Source: Spirochaetes bacterium GWE1_32_154 (GTDB lineage Bacteria; Spirochaetota; GWE2-31-10). From it: 64,000 bases of DNA. The notes beneath the pieces are model-generated. The model did no database searches and had not been told where the DNA came from. It saw nothing but the letters and a program-made list of their open reading frames with translations. Made by a program: the position numbers and the translations under genes. The stretch lies in NCBI GenBank assembly GCA_001829315.1, contig MIAY01000014.1, forward strand, positions 60,801 through 124,800. The letters run 5' to 3'. Each line of letters begins with the position of its first letter. Positions within the stretch are counted from its first letter, which is position 1. Positions 43,108 to 52,652 of this stretch are shown one piece after another.

Positions 43108-43909
43108 CACCGATACGTCTTTTCCACTCCCACAGTACAATTGAAATTGAAACTGATGCATTTAATGATTCTACACCACTTTGCATCGGAATAGATATTG
43201 CCATATTCCGGACTTTCTGTGGTAATCCCTGACCTTCAACACCGGGAAGTAAAATAAAATTCTCGGGAAATGAGAAGTGGGATAAGTCACGTCCTTTCAT
43301 ATCAAGGGTAATAAGATTAGAATATGATTTTGTGTTACTGATAATTTCATCCAATGACGGTCCATACAGTAGTTTAACTTTAAAAACAGTACCCGATGAT
43401 GCACGAATTGATTTGGGATGAAAAGGATTAGCAGCTTCTTTCAACAAAACAACCCTGCCAGCCCCCATCGCAGCAGCACTCCTTATAGCAGAACCTATAT
43501 TAACCGGATTTTGAAATGGTAATAAAACAGTACAACCAGCTAATGTTTTATCATTCCATTTATCTAAATTTGGTAATGCAGCAATTAAAAGCGGTGATTT
43601 AGTTCTAAATATATCAAGTTCATTGAATAATATTTTACTAAGCACAATAAGAGCATTTTTATTTTTATACGATGCAATACAATCTAATAATTCTTTATCG
43701 GTTTCTTTATAATCTTCATGTACTATCAATTCCATAGACTTCACACAATTTTCTCTAAGTAACTCAAGTATTATCTTTTTCCCTGATATGAGGATTTTAT
43801 TATTTTTTACAATACCGGCATTTTCAGATAATGATTTTATTTCTTTAAATTTAGTGTTTTCTTTTGATGTTATCGTTTCAGAATTATTCATACATAAGCT
43901 CCATGTCAT
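43100..43909 (-). CDS. SpoU/TrmH-family RNA 2'-O-methyltransferase
   Basis: 269 aa; SPOUT motifs (GSAIRSAAAMGA, LLPGVEGQG, SLNASVSISIVL). Confidence 0.8.
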   Translation of the reverse strand: MTWSLCMNNSETITSKENTKFKEIKSLSENAGIVKNNKILISGKKIILELLRENCVKSMELIVHEDYKETDKELLDCIASYKNKNALIVLSKILFNELDIFRTKSPLLIAALPNLDKWNDKTLAGCTVLLPFQNPVNIGSAIRSAAAMGAGRVVLLKEAANPFHPKSIRASSGTVFKVKLLYGPSLDEIISNTKSYSNLITLDMKGRDLSHFSFPENFILLPGVEGQGLPQKVRNMAISIPMQSGVESLNASVSISIVLWEWKRRIGAK

Positions 43910-44033
43910 TTTTTTAAAGCCTTTTTATTATCGCATTATTTAAAACAAAAAGCACTAAAATAATGTTTAAATTGATTTTAGCGTGGTTCTAAAAACTAAA
44001 AACCAATTTTTATTAAATTTAATAAAAATATTA

Positions 44034-44062
44034 TTGACACCGGGTCTATAACATGGTATAAG
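44034..44062 (+). promoter_or_regulatory. Sigma70-type promoter for the tRNA cluster (TTGACA-17-TATAAG)
   Basis: TTGACA at 44034-44039, 17 nt spacer, TATAAG at 44057-44062, about 12 bp upstream of tRNA-Pro. Confidence 0.6.
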
Positions 44063-44074
44063 CGTCAATGTCTA

Positions 44075-44149
44075 CGGGATGTGGCCTAGTCCGGTTATGG
44101 CGTCTGGCTTGGGACCAGAAGATCGGGGGTTCGAATCCCTCCATCCCGA
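44075..44149 (+). tRNA. tRNA-Pro (anticodon TGG)
   Basis: Hand-folded cloverleaf: acceptor CGGGATG/CATCCCG, anticodon loop CTTGGGA, T-loop TTCGAAT. Confidence 0.85.
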
Positions 44150-44153
44150 ATTT

Positions 44154-44227
44154 GCGCCAGTAGCTCAGTTGGATAGAGCAACAGCCTTCTAAGCTGTGGG
44201 TCAGGAGTTCGATTCTTCTCTGGCGCA
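44154..44227 (+). tRNA. tRNA-Arg (anticodon TCT)
   Basis: Acceptor GCGCCAG/CTGGCGC, anticodon stem ACAGC/GCTGT with loop CTTCTAA, T-loop TTCGATT. Confidence 0.85.
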
Positions 44228-44240
44228 TTCTCAATTTTAT

Positions 44241-44313
44241 GGTGGATGTAGTTCAGTGGTAGAGCGCCAGATTGTGATTCTGGTTGTCGTGGGTTCAAAC
44301 CCCATCATTCACC
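44241..44313 (+). tRNA. tRNA-His (anticodon GTG)
   Basis: Anticodon stem CCAGA/TCTGG with loop TTGTGAT, T-loop TTCAAAC, encoded 5' G(-1) and discriminator C. Confidence 0.8.
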
Positions 44314-44319
44314 CAACAC

Positions 44320-44393
44320 GCGTCCGTGGCTCAGCTGGATAGAGTAGCGGACTTCGAATCCGTCGGTCGCAGGTTCGAATCCTGCCGGGCGCA
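44320..44393 (+). tRNA. tRNA-Arg (anticodon TCG)
   Basis: Acceptor GCGTCCG/CGGGCGC, anticodon loop CTTCGAA, T-loop TTCGAAT. Confidence 0.8.
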
Positions 44394-44400
44394 TGATTTT

Positions 44401-44473
44401 GGGCCGTTAGCTCAGTTGGTAGAGCAGCAGACTCTTAATCTGCGGGTCAAAGGTTCGACCCCTTTACGGCTCA
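44401..44473 (+). tRNA. tRNA-Lys (anticodon CTT)
   Basis: Acceptor GGGCCGT/ACGGCTC, anticodon stem GCAGA/TCTGC with loop CTCTTAA, T-loop TTCGACC. Confidence 0.8.
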
Positions 44474-44485
44474 TGTTTATTTATT

Positions 44486-44566
44486 GCGAGCGTGGTGAAA
44501 TTGGTAGACACGCTAGACTTAGGATCTAGTGCCTTTGGTATAGGAGTTCGAGTCTCCTCGCTCGCA
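44486..44566 (+). tRNA. tRNA-Leu (anticodon TAG), long variable arm
   Basis: Acceptor GCGAGCG/CGCTCGC, anticodon stem CTAGA/TCTAG with loop CTTAGGA, extended variable arm, T-loop TTCGAGT. Confidence 0.8.
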
Positions 44567-44580
44567 TTTTTTTTATTTAC

Positions 44581-44653
44581 GCGAGAATAGCTCAGTTGGT
44601 AGAGCGCAACCTTGCCAAGGTTGATGTCGAGAGTTCGAGTCTCTTTTCTCGCT
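44581..44653 (+). tRNA. tRNA-Gly (anticodon GCC), copy 1
   Basis: Acceptor GCGAGAA/TTCTCGC, anticodon stem CAACC/GGTTG with loop TTGCCAA, T-loop TTCGAGT. Confidence 0.85.
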
Positions 44654-44721
44654 CATTCCGGTACTGTCATTTTTGATATTTACCGGACAAACAGTCACTT
44701 TTTGTGATAAAACAAACATAC

Positions 44722-44794
44722 GCGAGAATAGCTCAGTTGGTAGAGCGCAACCTTGCCAAGGTTGATGTCGAGAGTTCGAGTCTCTTTTCTCGCT
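44722..44794 (+). tRNA. tRNA-Gly (anticodon GCC), copy 2 (identical to copy 1)
   Basis: Exact repeat of the 73-nt sequence at 44581-44653, separated by a 68-nt spacer. Confidence 0.85.
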
Positions 44795-44796
44795 TT

Positions 44797-44830
44797 GTAG
44801 CGGTAAGTTAATCTTACCGCTTTTTTTATT
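44797..44830 (+). terminator. Intrinsic terminator closing the tRNA cluster
   Basis: Hairpin AGCGGTAAG-ttaat-CTTACCGCT followed by a T-run. Confidence 0.75.
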
Positions 44831-44896
44831 TTTAAATATAATCCACCTGTATTTCGACTATTTATATTCAAATAAATTTATATACAACTTGACAAA

Positions 44897-44941
44897 TGAC
44901 ACGTGTCATATTATATATAACACATATTATGACACATGTCA
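44897..44941. promoter_or_regulatory. Two copies of a 12-bp palindrome TGACACGTGTCA (second copy TGACACATGTCA), candidate TetR-type operator pair
   Basis: Perfect palindrome at 44897-44908 and one-mismatch copy at 44930-44941, centres 33 bp apart, immediately upstream of the QueG-like/TetR gene pair. Confidence 0.5.
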
Positions 44942-44962
44942 CAATGTTCTTCAGGGGATAAA

Positions 44963-46009
44963 ATGAAAACAAAAAATGAAATAAAATTTACTGCTTTTCT
45001 AAAAAGATATCCGGAAAAATTCTTACTATCAGGAAAAAACTCGGTAATGGATGGATTCGAATATTTTGAAACTTCTGAATATAAAAACAAACCGGGAGCT
45101 ATTTTAAGTCGCCCGAAAGCAATGATAACTAATAAAAGTGTTAAAGATATAATACGAATAGGAATGACATTTATTACAATTCTTCCATGTATGCTAAAAA
45201 ATATTAAAAAAAACTATACAGATATGAATGGATATTTAAAATCCGTTAAAAATGGTTCTTTTAATAATGTTTCTATTGAAAATAACAACTCATATCCCAA
45301 TAAAAACGTATGGGTAGAACTGAAGAATTATGCCTGGGAAAACCATCAGTTAATAGTCGGATTTACAGAACTGCCACAGGAATATGTATTCAGTGGTAAA
45401 GCATCACCTTTTAGACATGCATTAGTTTTTGCACAGGAAATGAAAAAAGAACCAATTGAAAAAGCTCCTGAGTTGGATGCTGGAATTGAAGTAATGAGAG
45501 TATACAACTCTTTAGGTATTGCAACAAACGATATTGCCAATTGGTTGAGAAAAACATACAATGTTGTTTGTATGGCAAATCATCCTTTAGGGGGATTGGT
45601 TGATACAGTGCCTCTTGCAGAAAAAGCCGGCCTAGGCGCTATCGGAAAACATGGAATGTTAATTACTAAAGAATTCGGCCCCCGCTGTCGAATATCACCA
45701 CTATTTACTGAGCTAAAACTTTTTGAATACACGGGTTCTCATGAACATTCATGGATCAATACATTCTGTTCAAAATGCAGACATTGCATTAGTTCATGCC
45801 CTACTTCAGCTATATATTCTGAATCAAAACTTTCAAAAAGGTATAATAAAATCGGTTTAAAAGATCGTTACGAAAATTATGATAGAGAAAAATGCTTTAC
45901 TTCTTTCGCAGCAACAATGGGATGTGCAGTTTGTATAAGCGTCTGCCCTTTTTCAAAAAATCCGGCTATCTACGATACAATGAAGTTAAAATATACAAAT
46001 ACAAATTAA
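44963..46009 (+). CDS. QueG-like/reductive-dehalogenase-like iron-sulfur protein (two 4Fe-4S ferredoxin motifs)
   Basis: GLGAIGKHGMLITKEFG motif resembling epoxyqueuosine reductase, CSKCRHCISSCP and CAVCISVCPF cluster motifs; start placed at ATG 44963 (AGGGGA upstream) rather than the ORF-track ATG 44936, which lies inside the palindrome. Confidence 0.6.
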   Translation: MKTKNEIKFTAFLKRYPEKFLLSGKNSVMDGFEYFETSEYKNKPGAILSRPKAMITNKSVKDIIRIGMTFITILPCMLKNIKKNYTDMNGYLKSVKNGSFNNVSIENNNSYPNKNVWVELKNYAWENHQLIVGFTELPQEYVFSGKASPFRHALVFAQEMKKEPIEKAPELDAGIEVMRVYNSLGIATNDIANWLRKTYNVVCMANHPLGGLVDTVPLAEKAGLGAIGKHGMLITKEFGPRCRISPLFTELKLFEYTGSHEHSWINTFCSKCRHCISSCPTSAIYSESKLSKRYNKIGLKDRYENYDREKCFTSFAATMGCAVCISVCPFSKNPAIYDTMKLKYTNTN

Positions 46010-46018
46010 GGATAAAAA

Positions 46019-46639
46019 ATGCCACAGGATACTTTCTTTAATTTACATGAAGAAAAACGGGATAAAGTTCTTCAAGCAATAATAAATGAATTCACAAAAG
46101 TAACGTTAGAAAATGCGTCTATAAAAAACATAGTGCAAAACGCCGGAATCCCACGGGGTAGTTTTTACCAATACTTTATTGATAAAGAAGATGCCATGCG
46201 ATACATAATTTTCAATACATGCATACAGGAAGAAAAAAATGTTACCAGAGATACAAATTTCGAGCCTGGTGATTTATATGATTTTATTCTATATATCTAT
46301 AACCGGGAAATTCGATTCTTAGAGAAGAAAACAATTTCTATTCGTATGCAACTTCTTAAACAGATTTCAGAAAGTCCACGTGCAACTGCATTATTTAATG
46401 AAGAAATTACAAATGCTATAACACAAAGTGCAATGTTCAAAAAATATTGGGATATTTCCGGATTAAATCATTTAACAGAAAAAGAAAACATCACTTTAAT
46501 GGATCTATTAATTACGTCATTAAAAGAAACCTTAATTAACGTTCTTCGAGATAAAAATTGTATTACCATGGCAGAAGAACAACTCAGGTTAAAACTAATA
46601 ATAATAAAAGAAGGCGTTAGAGCAGTTTTCAAAATATAA
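46019..46639 (+). CDS. TetR/AcrR-family transcriptional regulator
   Basis: 206 aa; N-terminal helix-turn-helix region (SIKNIVQNAGIPRGSFYQYF) typical of TetR family. Confidence 0.8.
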   Translation: MPQDTFFNLHEEKRDKVLQAIINEFTKVTLENASIKNIVQNAGIPRGSFYQYFIDKEDAMRYIIFNTCIQEEKNVTRDTNFEPGDLYDFILYIYNREIRFLEKKTISIRMQLLKQISESPRATALFNEEITNAITQSAMFKKYWDISGLNHLTEKENITLMDLLITSLKETLINVLRDKNCITMAEEQLRLKLIIIKEGVRAVFKI

Positions 46640-46848
46640 GTTTAATATAAATAAATTTTATGCTAAAACAGATGAAACGGGAGAATAGCGTGGAAATTAA
46701 GAAAAATGATGATAACAAAAAAAAACCAAAAAAATTATCGTACAAAGAAGTAAGAAGAAAAAAAACAGATAATATAAAGAAAAATAAAAAACTTGCTCTG
46801 GAAAAAAAGAAAAAAAAGAAAACAAAAACCAACGAAGATGGAAATCAG

Positions 46849-49800
46849 CTAAAGCCCCTCTAAAGTCTCTTTAATAATCCTGCCTTTATCTTCGATAGTA
46901 AATTCATCATATTCACCAATCTTAATGAAAATTGAAGAGCTTTTACTTCCTTGTAGATAGACTCTTCCTTTCGATTGGGTCACCATAATCATTAATTTCC
47001 CGAAATTGATTTTATCTGATGAGTTAAATTTTATTTCAATACAATTTGATTTCTCAATAATCTCATTAACACCCATTTTCCTGCAAATTATTCGTATTTC
47101 ACCAATATATAATAATCGCTTCACATCTTCAGGAATCGGACCAAATCTATCAAGTAATAAACTCTTTATTCTATCTAAATCTTCCTCGTGAGTTATACCG
47201 GAAATTCTTTTATAGATTTCAATCTTTTCTTTAGGATCAGAAATATAACTATCCGGGATAAAACCATTATATTTAATATCAAGAAAAATATCATCATCCT
47301 CATCAACTAACTCATCAAACATTTCAGGGGTATCAGACGTCTTTTTTAACTCTTTTACAGCGTCAGTTAATAATTTACAGTATAAACTAAAACCGACGGC
47401 AAGAATATCACCATGCTGTTCAGGGCCTAACATATTACCGGCACCTCTGATTTCCATGTCTTTCATTGCAACTTTAAAACCACTACCCAACTCAGTATAC
47501 TCTGAAATTACCCGCAATTTCTTCATAGCATCCTCAGAGACAGCTACATTATCATCGTAGAACAAATATGCATACGCTTTAATATTTGACCTGCCAACAC
47601 GTCCTCTTAACTGATACAATTGAGCTAAACCAAACATATGCGCTCTATCAATAAATATAGTATTAACACGTGGAATATCAATTCCTGATTCAATAATTGT
47701 CGTTGTTAATAAAATGTCATATTTATAATTAATAAAATCATGAATAATATCTTCAAGTTCATCACCTTCCATTTGTCCGTGAGCGACAACAATTCGTGCT
47801 TGCGGAACAACGGTTTCAATATACTTTTTCATCTCGTTAATTGTCTTTACTCTATTATAGAGAAAAAACACCTGTCCTTCTCGCGCTAATTCATGTTCAA
47901 TTCCCATTTTAAGAATATCCTGATTAAACTCCATAACAAAAGTTTCAACAGGAAGACGTTCACGGGGAGGTGTATTTATTATTGACATATCACGAATTTT
48001 TGCTAAAGACATATGAAGTGTCCGTGGTATAGGCGTTGCAGTCATTGATAAACAATCAAGATTCTTTTTTACCTGTTTAATTTTTTCTTTATGCTTTACA
48101 CCAAAACGATGTTCTTCATCAATTATCAATAATCCAAGGTTTTTATAGACAACATCATCTGAAATCAACCGGTGCGTTCCTACGATTATATCAACTTCGC
48201 CATCCGCTAAGAGCTTAATAATTTTCTTTTGCTCAGCGGGTGTTCTAAAACGTGATAACATTTCCACTTTTACAGGGTAATCTGATAGTCGTAATGAAAT
48301 ATTTTCAAAATGCTGCTCGGTTAAAATTGTTGTCGGAACTAAAATTGCCACTTGCCGACCACTCATAACAGCTTTAAATGCAGCCCGAATTGCAACCTCA
48401 GTTTTTCCAAAACCGACATCCCCGCAAATTAACCGGTCCATCGGTCGATTGGATTCCATATCACGTTTAACTTCTTCTATAGTAAGTAATTGATCTTCAG
48501 TTTCATCATAAGGAAATTTAGCCTCAAACTCTTTCTGCCAGGGTGTATCGGGTAAAAATGAAATTCCTCTTTGATTTAATCTGAATGAATATAATTTCAC
48601 AAGTTCAGCAGCAAGTTTATTAACCGACTCTTTAACTTTTTCTTTAGCACGAGCCCACCCTTTTGAACCGATTTTATCAAGTTTCGGTTTTTCAAGATCA
48701 CCTGAACTATATTTTTGTACAAAATTCATTTGTTCAATAGGAATAAAAACTTTATCATCATCAGCATACAAAATAGCTATATAATCTTTTTCAACTTCCT
48801 TACTCTTTACTCTTTCAATACCAATAAATTTACCAATTCCATGATGAATATGAACAACATAATCACCCGGTTTTAAATCAATAAATGATTCGATACTTTC
48901 AGTTCTTCTCGTATAAAAATGTTTCGAAAGTTTATTTCGCTTACCAAATATTTCATAATCATTAAGAAACATTATTTTCATACTCTCAGAAATAAACCCG
49001 CTACTTAGTACAGAGGGAATAATTGAAACCCCTTCCGGCCTGAAATCATTCATATCATTTACCGGATTAAATTCATCAAATAAAACAGTAAGTCTTCCAG
49101 CTTGAGCTTCGGTAACTGCAAATATAACAATTCTGAATTTATTTTCAAGATATCGTCTTATGTCTTCTTTAAATAAGTCTAATGAACCTGCATAGGCATT
49201 AACACCTTTACAGTCAAACAAAACATTAAATGTTTCACCGGCTTTATTAAAATAATTTGCTTCTATAATTTTAAATGATTTACTATATAAATCCTGCAGG
49301 GAAAATAATAAAGCATCTGGATGAAATTTCGGTCTGTATTTATTATAACTTGCATTAAAATTCTGTGAAAATTCAATACAAATTGAATCACATCGCTTCT
49401 CAATCATATCACGATCATTAACTATAATAACAGAATCATTAACAAAATCAAGTATTGATGTTTTTTCATAGAATAAAGGAAGAAAAAAATGTTCACCATC
49501 AAATGTATTAAATTGTGATATTTTATGTTCAATATGATGTACATTTTCCTCATCACCACCAATTGTTTTCAAAACTGATAATGCATGTGATAATTCATCT
49601 TTCCCATAAAGAATCTCTTTAAAAGGTGGAATTTCTACACAATCCAATCTATCACAACTTTTTTGAGTTTCGGGATTAAAACTTTTTATTATTTCAATTT
49701 CATCATCAAAAAATTCTAACCTCACCGGGTTTCTTAATGTTGAAAAATAAATATCAACAATTTCACCACGTACGGCAAATTCACCGGGATATGTTACCTG

Positions 49801-50298
49801 TTTCACACGACTATACCCGGATTCAATTAAAAATGAAAAAAGTTGTTCAATTGGATATTTTAAACCAATTGATATTTTTAAAAAATATTTTTTAAGTACC
49901 GCTTTAGGAGTAAAAGTCAGAACTAAGGCATCAATCGTTGTTATAATTAACATCTTTTTTGAATTGATTAACCCGTTTACAACATCAAGCCTCATAGAAA
50001 CAATTTCTTCATTAACAACAGATAATTGATATGGTGTTAAACCCAGTGAAGGAAACCGGTATAAACTTTCGGTCTCCAAAGCTTCAAGATCATTATAAAC
50101 TGCTTCTAACTCATCATTATCTTTACATATAAAAAAAATAGAATTAGAATATTTTTTAATAAGATTATCAGATAATAAAGATAAAAAACTACCTGAACAT
50201 CCGCTTAATCGAATTGTTTTGTTTGAATCTATTGATTTATACAGGTTATCAAGAGATTCTGTATTAATTTTTTCATTTACCCAGTTTTTAAATCGCAT
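46849..50298 (-). CDS. mfd: Transcription-repair coupling factor Mfd
   Basis: 1149 aa; UvrB-homology N-terminal region, CarD-like RNAP-interacting domain, superfamily-2 helicase motifs (GDVGFGKTEV, DEEH), TRG motif region. Confidence 0.95.
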   Translation of the reverse strand: MRFKNWVNEKINTESLDNLYKSIDSNKTIRLSGCSGSFLSLLSDNLIKKYSNSIFFICKDNDELEAVYNDLEALETESLYRFPSLGLTPYQLSVVNEEIVSMRLDVVNGLINSKKMLIITTIDALVLTFTPKAVLKKYFLKISIGLKYPIEQLFSFLIESGYSRVKQVTYPGEFAVRGEIVDIYFSTLRNPVRLEFFDDEIEIIKSFNPETQKSCDRLDCVEIPPFKEILYGKDELSHALSVLKTIGGDEENVHHIEHKISQFNTFDGEHFFLPLFYEKTSILDFVNDSVIIVNDRDMIEKRCDSICIEFSQNFNASYNKYRPKFHPDALLFSLQDLYSKSFKIIEANYFNKAGETFNVLFDCKGVNAYAGSLDLFKEDIRRYLENKFRIVIFAVTEAQAGRLTVLFDEFNPVNDMNDFRPEGVSIIPSVLSSGFISESMKIMFLNDYEIFGKRNKLSKHFYTRRTESIESFIDLKPGDYVVHIHHGIGKFIGIERVKSKEVEKDYIAILYADDDKVFIPIEQMNFVQKYSSGDLEKPKLDKIGSKGWARAKEKVKESVNKLAAELVKLYSFRLNQRGISFLPDTPWQKEFEAKFPYDETEDQLLTIEEVKRDMESNRPMDRLICGDVGFGKTEVAIRAAFKAVMSGRQVAILVPTTILTEQHFENISLRLSDYPVKVEMLSRFRTPAEQKKIIKLLADGEVDIIVGTHRLISDDVVYKNLGLLIIDEEHRFGVKHKEKIKQVKKNLDCLSMTATPIPRTLHMSLAKIRDMSIINTPPRERLPVETFVMEFNQDILKMGIEHELAREGQVFFLYNRVKTINEMKKYIETVVPQARIVVAHGQMEGDELEDIIHDFINYKYDILLTTTIIESGIDIPRVNTIFIDRAHMFGLAQLYQLRGRVGRSNIKAYAYLFYDDNVAVSEDAMKKLRVISEYTELGSGFKVAMKDMEIRGAGNMLGPEQHGDILAVGFSLYCKLLTDAVKELKKTSDTPEMFDELVDEDDDIFLDIKYNGFIPDSYISDPKEKIEIYKRISGITHEEDLDRIKSLLLDRFGPIPEDVKRLLYIGEIRIICRKMGVNEIIEKSNCIEIKFNSSDKINFGKLMIMVTQSKGRVYLQGSKSSSIFIKIGEYDEFTIEDKGRIIKETLEGL

Positions 50299-50333
50299 CT
50301 TCGCTAAACCTTTTAAATTATTGTTCCGATATT

Positions 50334-51305
50334 TTGTTTATGAATAAGCTAACACTAATATTAACAATTATACTATTTTCTTTTTCACTTTGTGCCGTTG
50401 AAAATCATTCGACTGAAATTTCATATAATGATGTTGCAGTTATGATACGGTTTAGTGAACCGAAAATTTTTAAAATCAATGATTCAATTTATATCGACAT
50501 AGAAATTAAGAACAAATCAAATAAGCCTTCGGCAGTTCTTATTGCAGATGATAAAAGATATACATTCGATTTTGAATTAGTTTCACTTCAAAACAAACCG
50601 GTAGGATACAACAAAGATTATAGCAATTTTTTTAACAGGGTGCAACCGATTTTTAATTCAATGATTCGATTAAATAAAGATGAAGGTTTTACCTACAGAG
50701 TATTGTTAAATGATTATTATGATATTGATACAAGCGGTCAATATTATATTAGAGCAGTTTTTCATCCGGCATTAAAATTAAGTGAAAATAATGTAAATGT
50801 TATGAAATCAAATTATCTCACGATCAACGTCAGACCGGAATCAATCAATGACCGTTACATTGTTGAACAAAAAGAAGCTGAGATGGAACGAATGTTATTT
50901 GCAGAAAAAAAAGCACCTGATGAAGTAATAGAATATATGTTAAATGCAAGAATGAAATCAGAATGGGAAAAATACTTTCTCTATATTGATGTATCAAAAA
51001 TGATTTTAACAAACAGTAAATTTAAAGATAAATATAGAAAAGCTGATAGTGAAAGACAAAGTAAAATTATTGAAGAATATAAAGAATATTTAAAACAAAA
51101 TACAATTGACGAAATGAGTTATATACCAATTCTTTTTAATATTGTTAAAACAGAATATTCAACTGGTGAAGCGAAAGTTGAAGCAATTTTGAAGTTTAAA
51201 CAATATGACTTTATTGAAGACAAATATTATACTTACTTTTTGAATAAAAAAGATGATAAATGGTTTGTTACATCCTATACTGTATTAAATATCGGTGCAC
51301 GATAA
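50334..51305 (+). CDS. Hypothetical secreted protein
   Basis: 323 aa ORF with signal peptide; no recognisable domain. Confidence 0.45.
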   Translation: MFMNKLTLILTIILFSFSLCAVENHSTEISYNDVAVMIRFSEPKIFKINDSIYIDIEIKNKSNKPSAVLIADDKRYTFDFELVSLQNKPVGYNKDYSNFFNRVQPIFNSMIRLNKDEGFTYRVLLNDYYDIDTSGQYYIRAVFHPALKLSENNVNVMKSNYLTINVRPESINDRYIVEQKEAEMERMLFAEKKAPDEVIEYMLNARMKSEWEKYFLYIDVSKMILTNSKFKDKYRKADSERQSKIIEEYKEYLKQNTIDEMSYIPILFNIVKTEYSTGEAKVEAILKFKQYDFIEDKYYTYFLNKKDDKWFVTSYTVLNIGAR

Positions 51306-51310
51306 AAAAA

Positions 51311-51332
51311 AGGGTAGCTTTTCAGCTACCCT
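51311..51332. terminator. Bidirectional intrinsic terminator between convergent genes
   Basis: Hairpin AGGGTAGC-ttttc-AGCTACCCT flanked by A-run upstream and T-rich sequence downstream. Confidence 0.65.
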
Positions 51333-51348
51333 TTATCAATTAAATAAA

Positions 51349-51621
51349 TTAAACCATGCCATTACCGGAAAATGAACTCCCCGACTTTTCATTACTCATC
51401 TTGTCCATTAAAATCTGCTGTAATTCAACAGGATTAATGTAAGTCAACCAGCTTTTTGTTAAGGTTGTATAATACTTTACAAGATAGTCCTCATCATCAA
51501 CAAGATAATCCTTGATTCTGTTAGATGCACCGGGGTGTTTTTCATTAAAAATCTGAAATGCATGATCAAAGAAAATCTTTTCTATAGAGTTTACAAGTTT
51601 CATTCTTTCGCTGATTCCCAT
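51349..51621 (-). CDS. Hypothetical small protein (90 aa)
   Basis: ORF at the distal end of the minus-strand gene string; no recognisable domain. Confidence 0.4.
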   Translation of the reverse strand: MGISERMKLVNSIEKIFFDHAFQIFNEKHPGASNRIKDYLVDDEDYLVKYYTTLTKSWLTYINPVELQQILMDKMSNEKSGSSFSGNGMV

Positions 51622-51695
51622 AGCATCCTCCTGTGATTAAGTTATAATAAGTATAATGTAAATGATTAAAAAAATCAAAATAAAATGAATAAATA

Positions 51696-52652
51696 TTACA
51701 AATGAGCGTTTAACTTATTGTTTAAATAAATACAATCAGAAGATACACTAACCATATTAAATGTAATCATTAAAAAAATTGCCCGGTCAATAATCCTTTC
51801 TATATCTTCGAATGTATAACCTGTTGGAAGATGAGCTCTAATCGGGCGATTTAAATAATCTATAAAAGTTTTAATGGCACTATCTTTCTTTATTCCCTGA
51901 TTATTATGAAAAAAAAGCTCTAATACAGGTATTATATTATTAATAACCATGATTTCGCTGTCATTTCTAAATTTTTTAATTTTTTTTGTATACAATAACC
52001 AATCTTTATCTGTCGGATTGAAAACATCACCATGTCCCGGACAAATTACTTTAATTCCTGAATTTTTAATTAACTCATAACTTTTCTCTAACTCATCAAG
52101 GCTTTGATTTAAAGCATAATTATAATCAACTTGAGTAATTACACCCTTATAGATTAAATCACCGGTAAATAGAGTATTTGTTTCTTTTAATAACAATGAT
52201 ATTGAATCTTTAGAATGTCCCGGTGTATGATACAATACTGCAATATCATTGCCAAGATCAATTTCATAATAATCAGAAACTTTGATATCATGATTAAATG
52301 GTTTAAATGAGACTTCTAGTTCAGGGTATAAATTAAGGGCTGATTTTTTTAACACATAATCTTCTGATAAAGCAGAAATAACCACCTTGGCATTAACAAA
52401 AAAATCATTAATAAACGTTGCAGTTCCGCCAATATGATCAAAATGAGTATGTGTATTTACAATATATTTAACAGAATCAGGTACTAAACCAAAATTCTTT
52501 AATAAACTCAAATTTTTTTCATCGTCTAATGGATGACCAGTATCAATCAAAACACCATTTTCCCTCTTAATATAATAAATATGACTTCCCCGACTTCCCG
52601 GTAATCGATAGATATTATTGCCTAAATCATCCATTATTGTTTTCCTGTCCAT
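51696..52652 (-). CDS. MBL-fold metallo-hydrolase
   Basis: 318 aa; HTHFDHIGG metal-binding motif plus downstream HTPGHS and CPGHG motifs; start overlaps the kinase gene stop by 19 bp. Confidence 0.8.
   Translation of the reverse strand: MDRKTIMDDLGNNIYRLPGSRGSHIYYIKRENGVLIDTGHPLDDEKNLSLLKNFGLVPDSVKYIVNTHTHFDHIGGTATFINDFFVNAKVVISALSEDYVLKKSALNLYPELEVSFKPFNHDIKVSDYYEIDLGNDIAVLYHTPGHSKDSISLLLKETNTLFTGDLIYKGVITQVDYNYALNQSLDELEKSYELIKNSGIKVICPGHGDVFNPTDKDWLLYTKKIKKFRNDSEIMVINNIIPVLELFFHNNQGIKKDSAIKTFIDYLNRPIRAHLPTGYTFEDIERIIDRAIFLMITFNMVSVSSDCIYLNNKLNAHL

Noticed and set aside
44046-44529. Three 62-81 aa ORFs (44046-44234 minus, 44095-44298 minus, 44284-44529 plus) in the six-frame track
   Set aside because: They lie entirely over the tRNA gene cluster; the open frames are a by-product of GC-rich tRNA sequence, not coding genes.
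44654-44721. Spacer between the two tRNA-Gly copies as a possible small RNA or additional tRNA
   Set aside because: Too short (68 nt) and lacks cloverleaf features; contains only short imperfect inverted repeats, consistent with a processing spacer.
46629-46832. Phe-rich 67-aa ORF on the minus strand
   Set aside because: Mirror image of the A-rich tract (poly-T read as Phe/Leu); low-complexity artefact.
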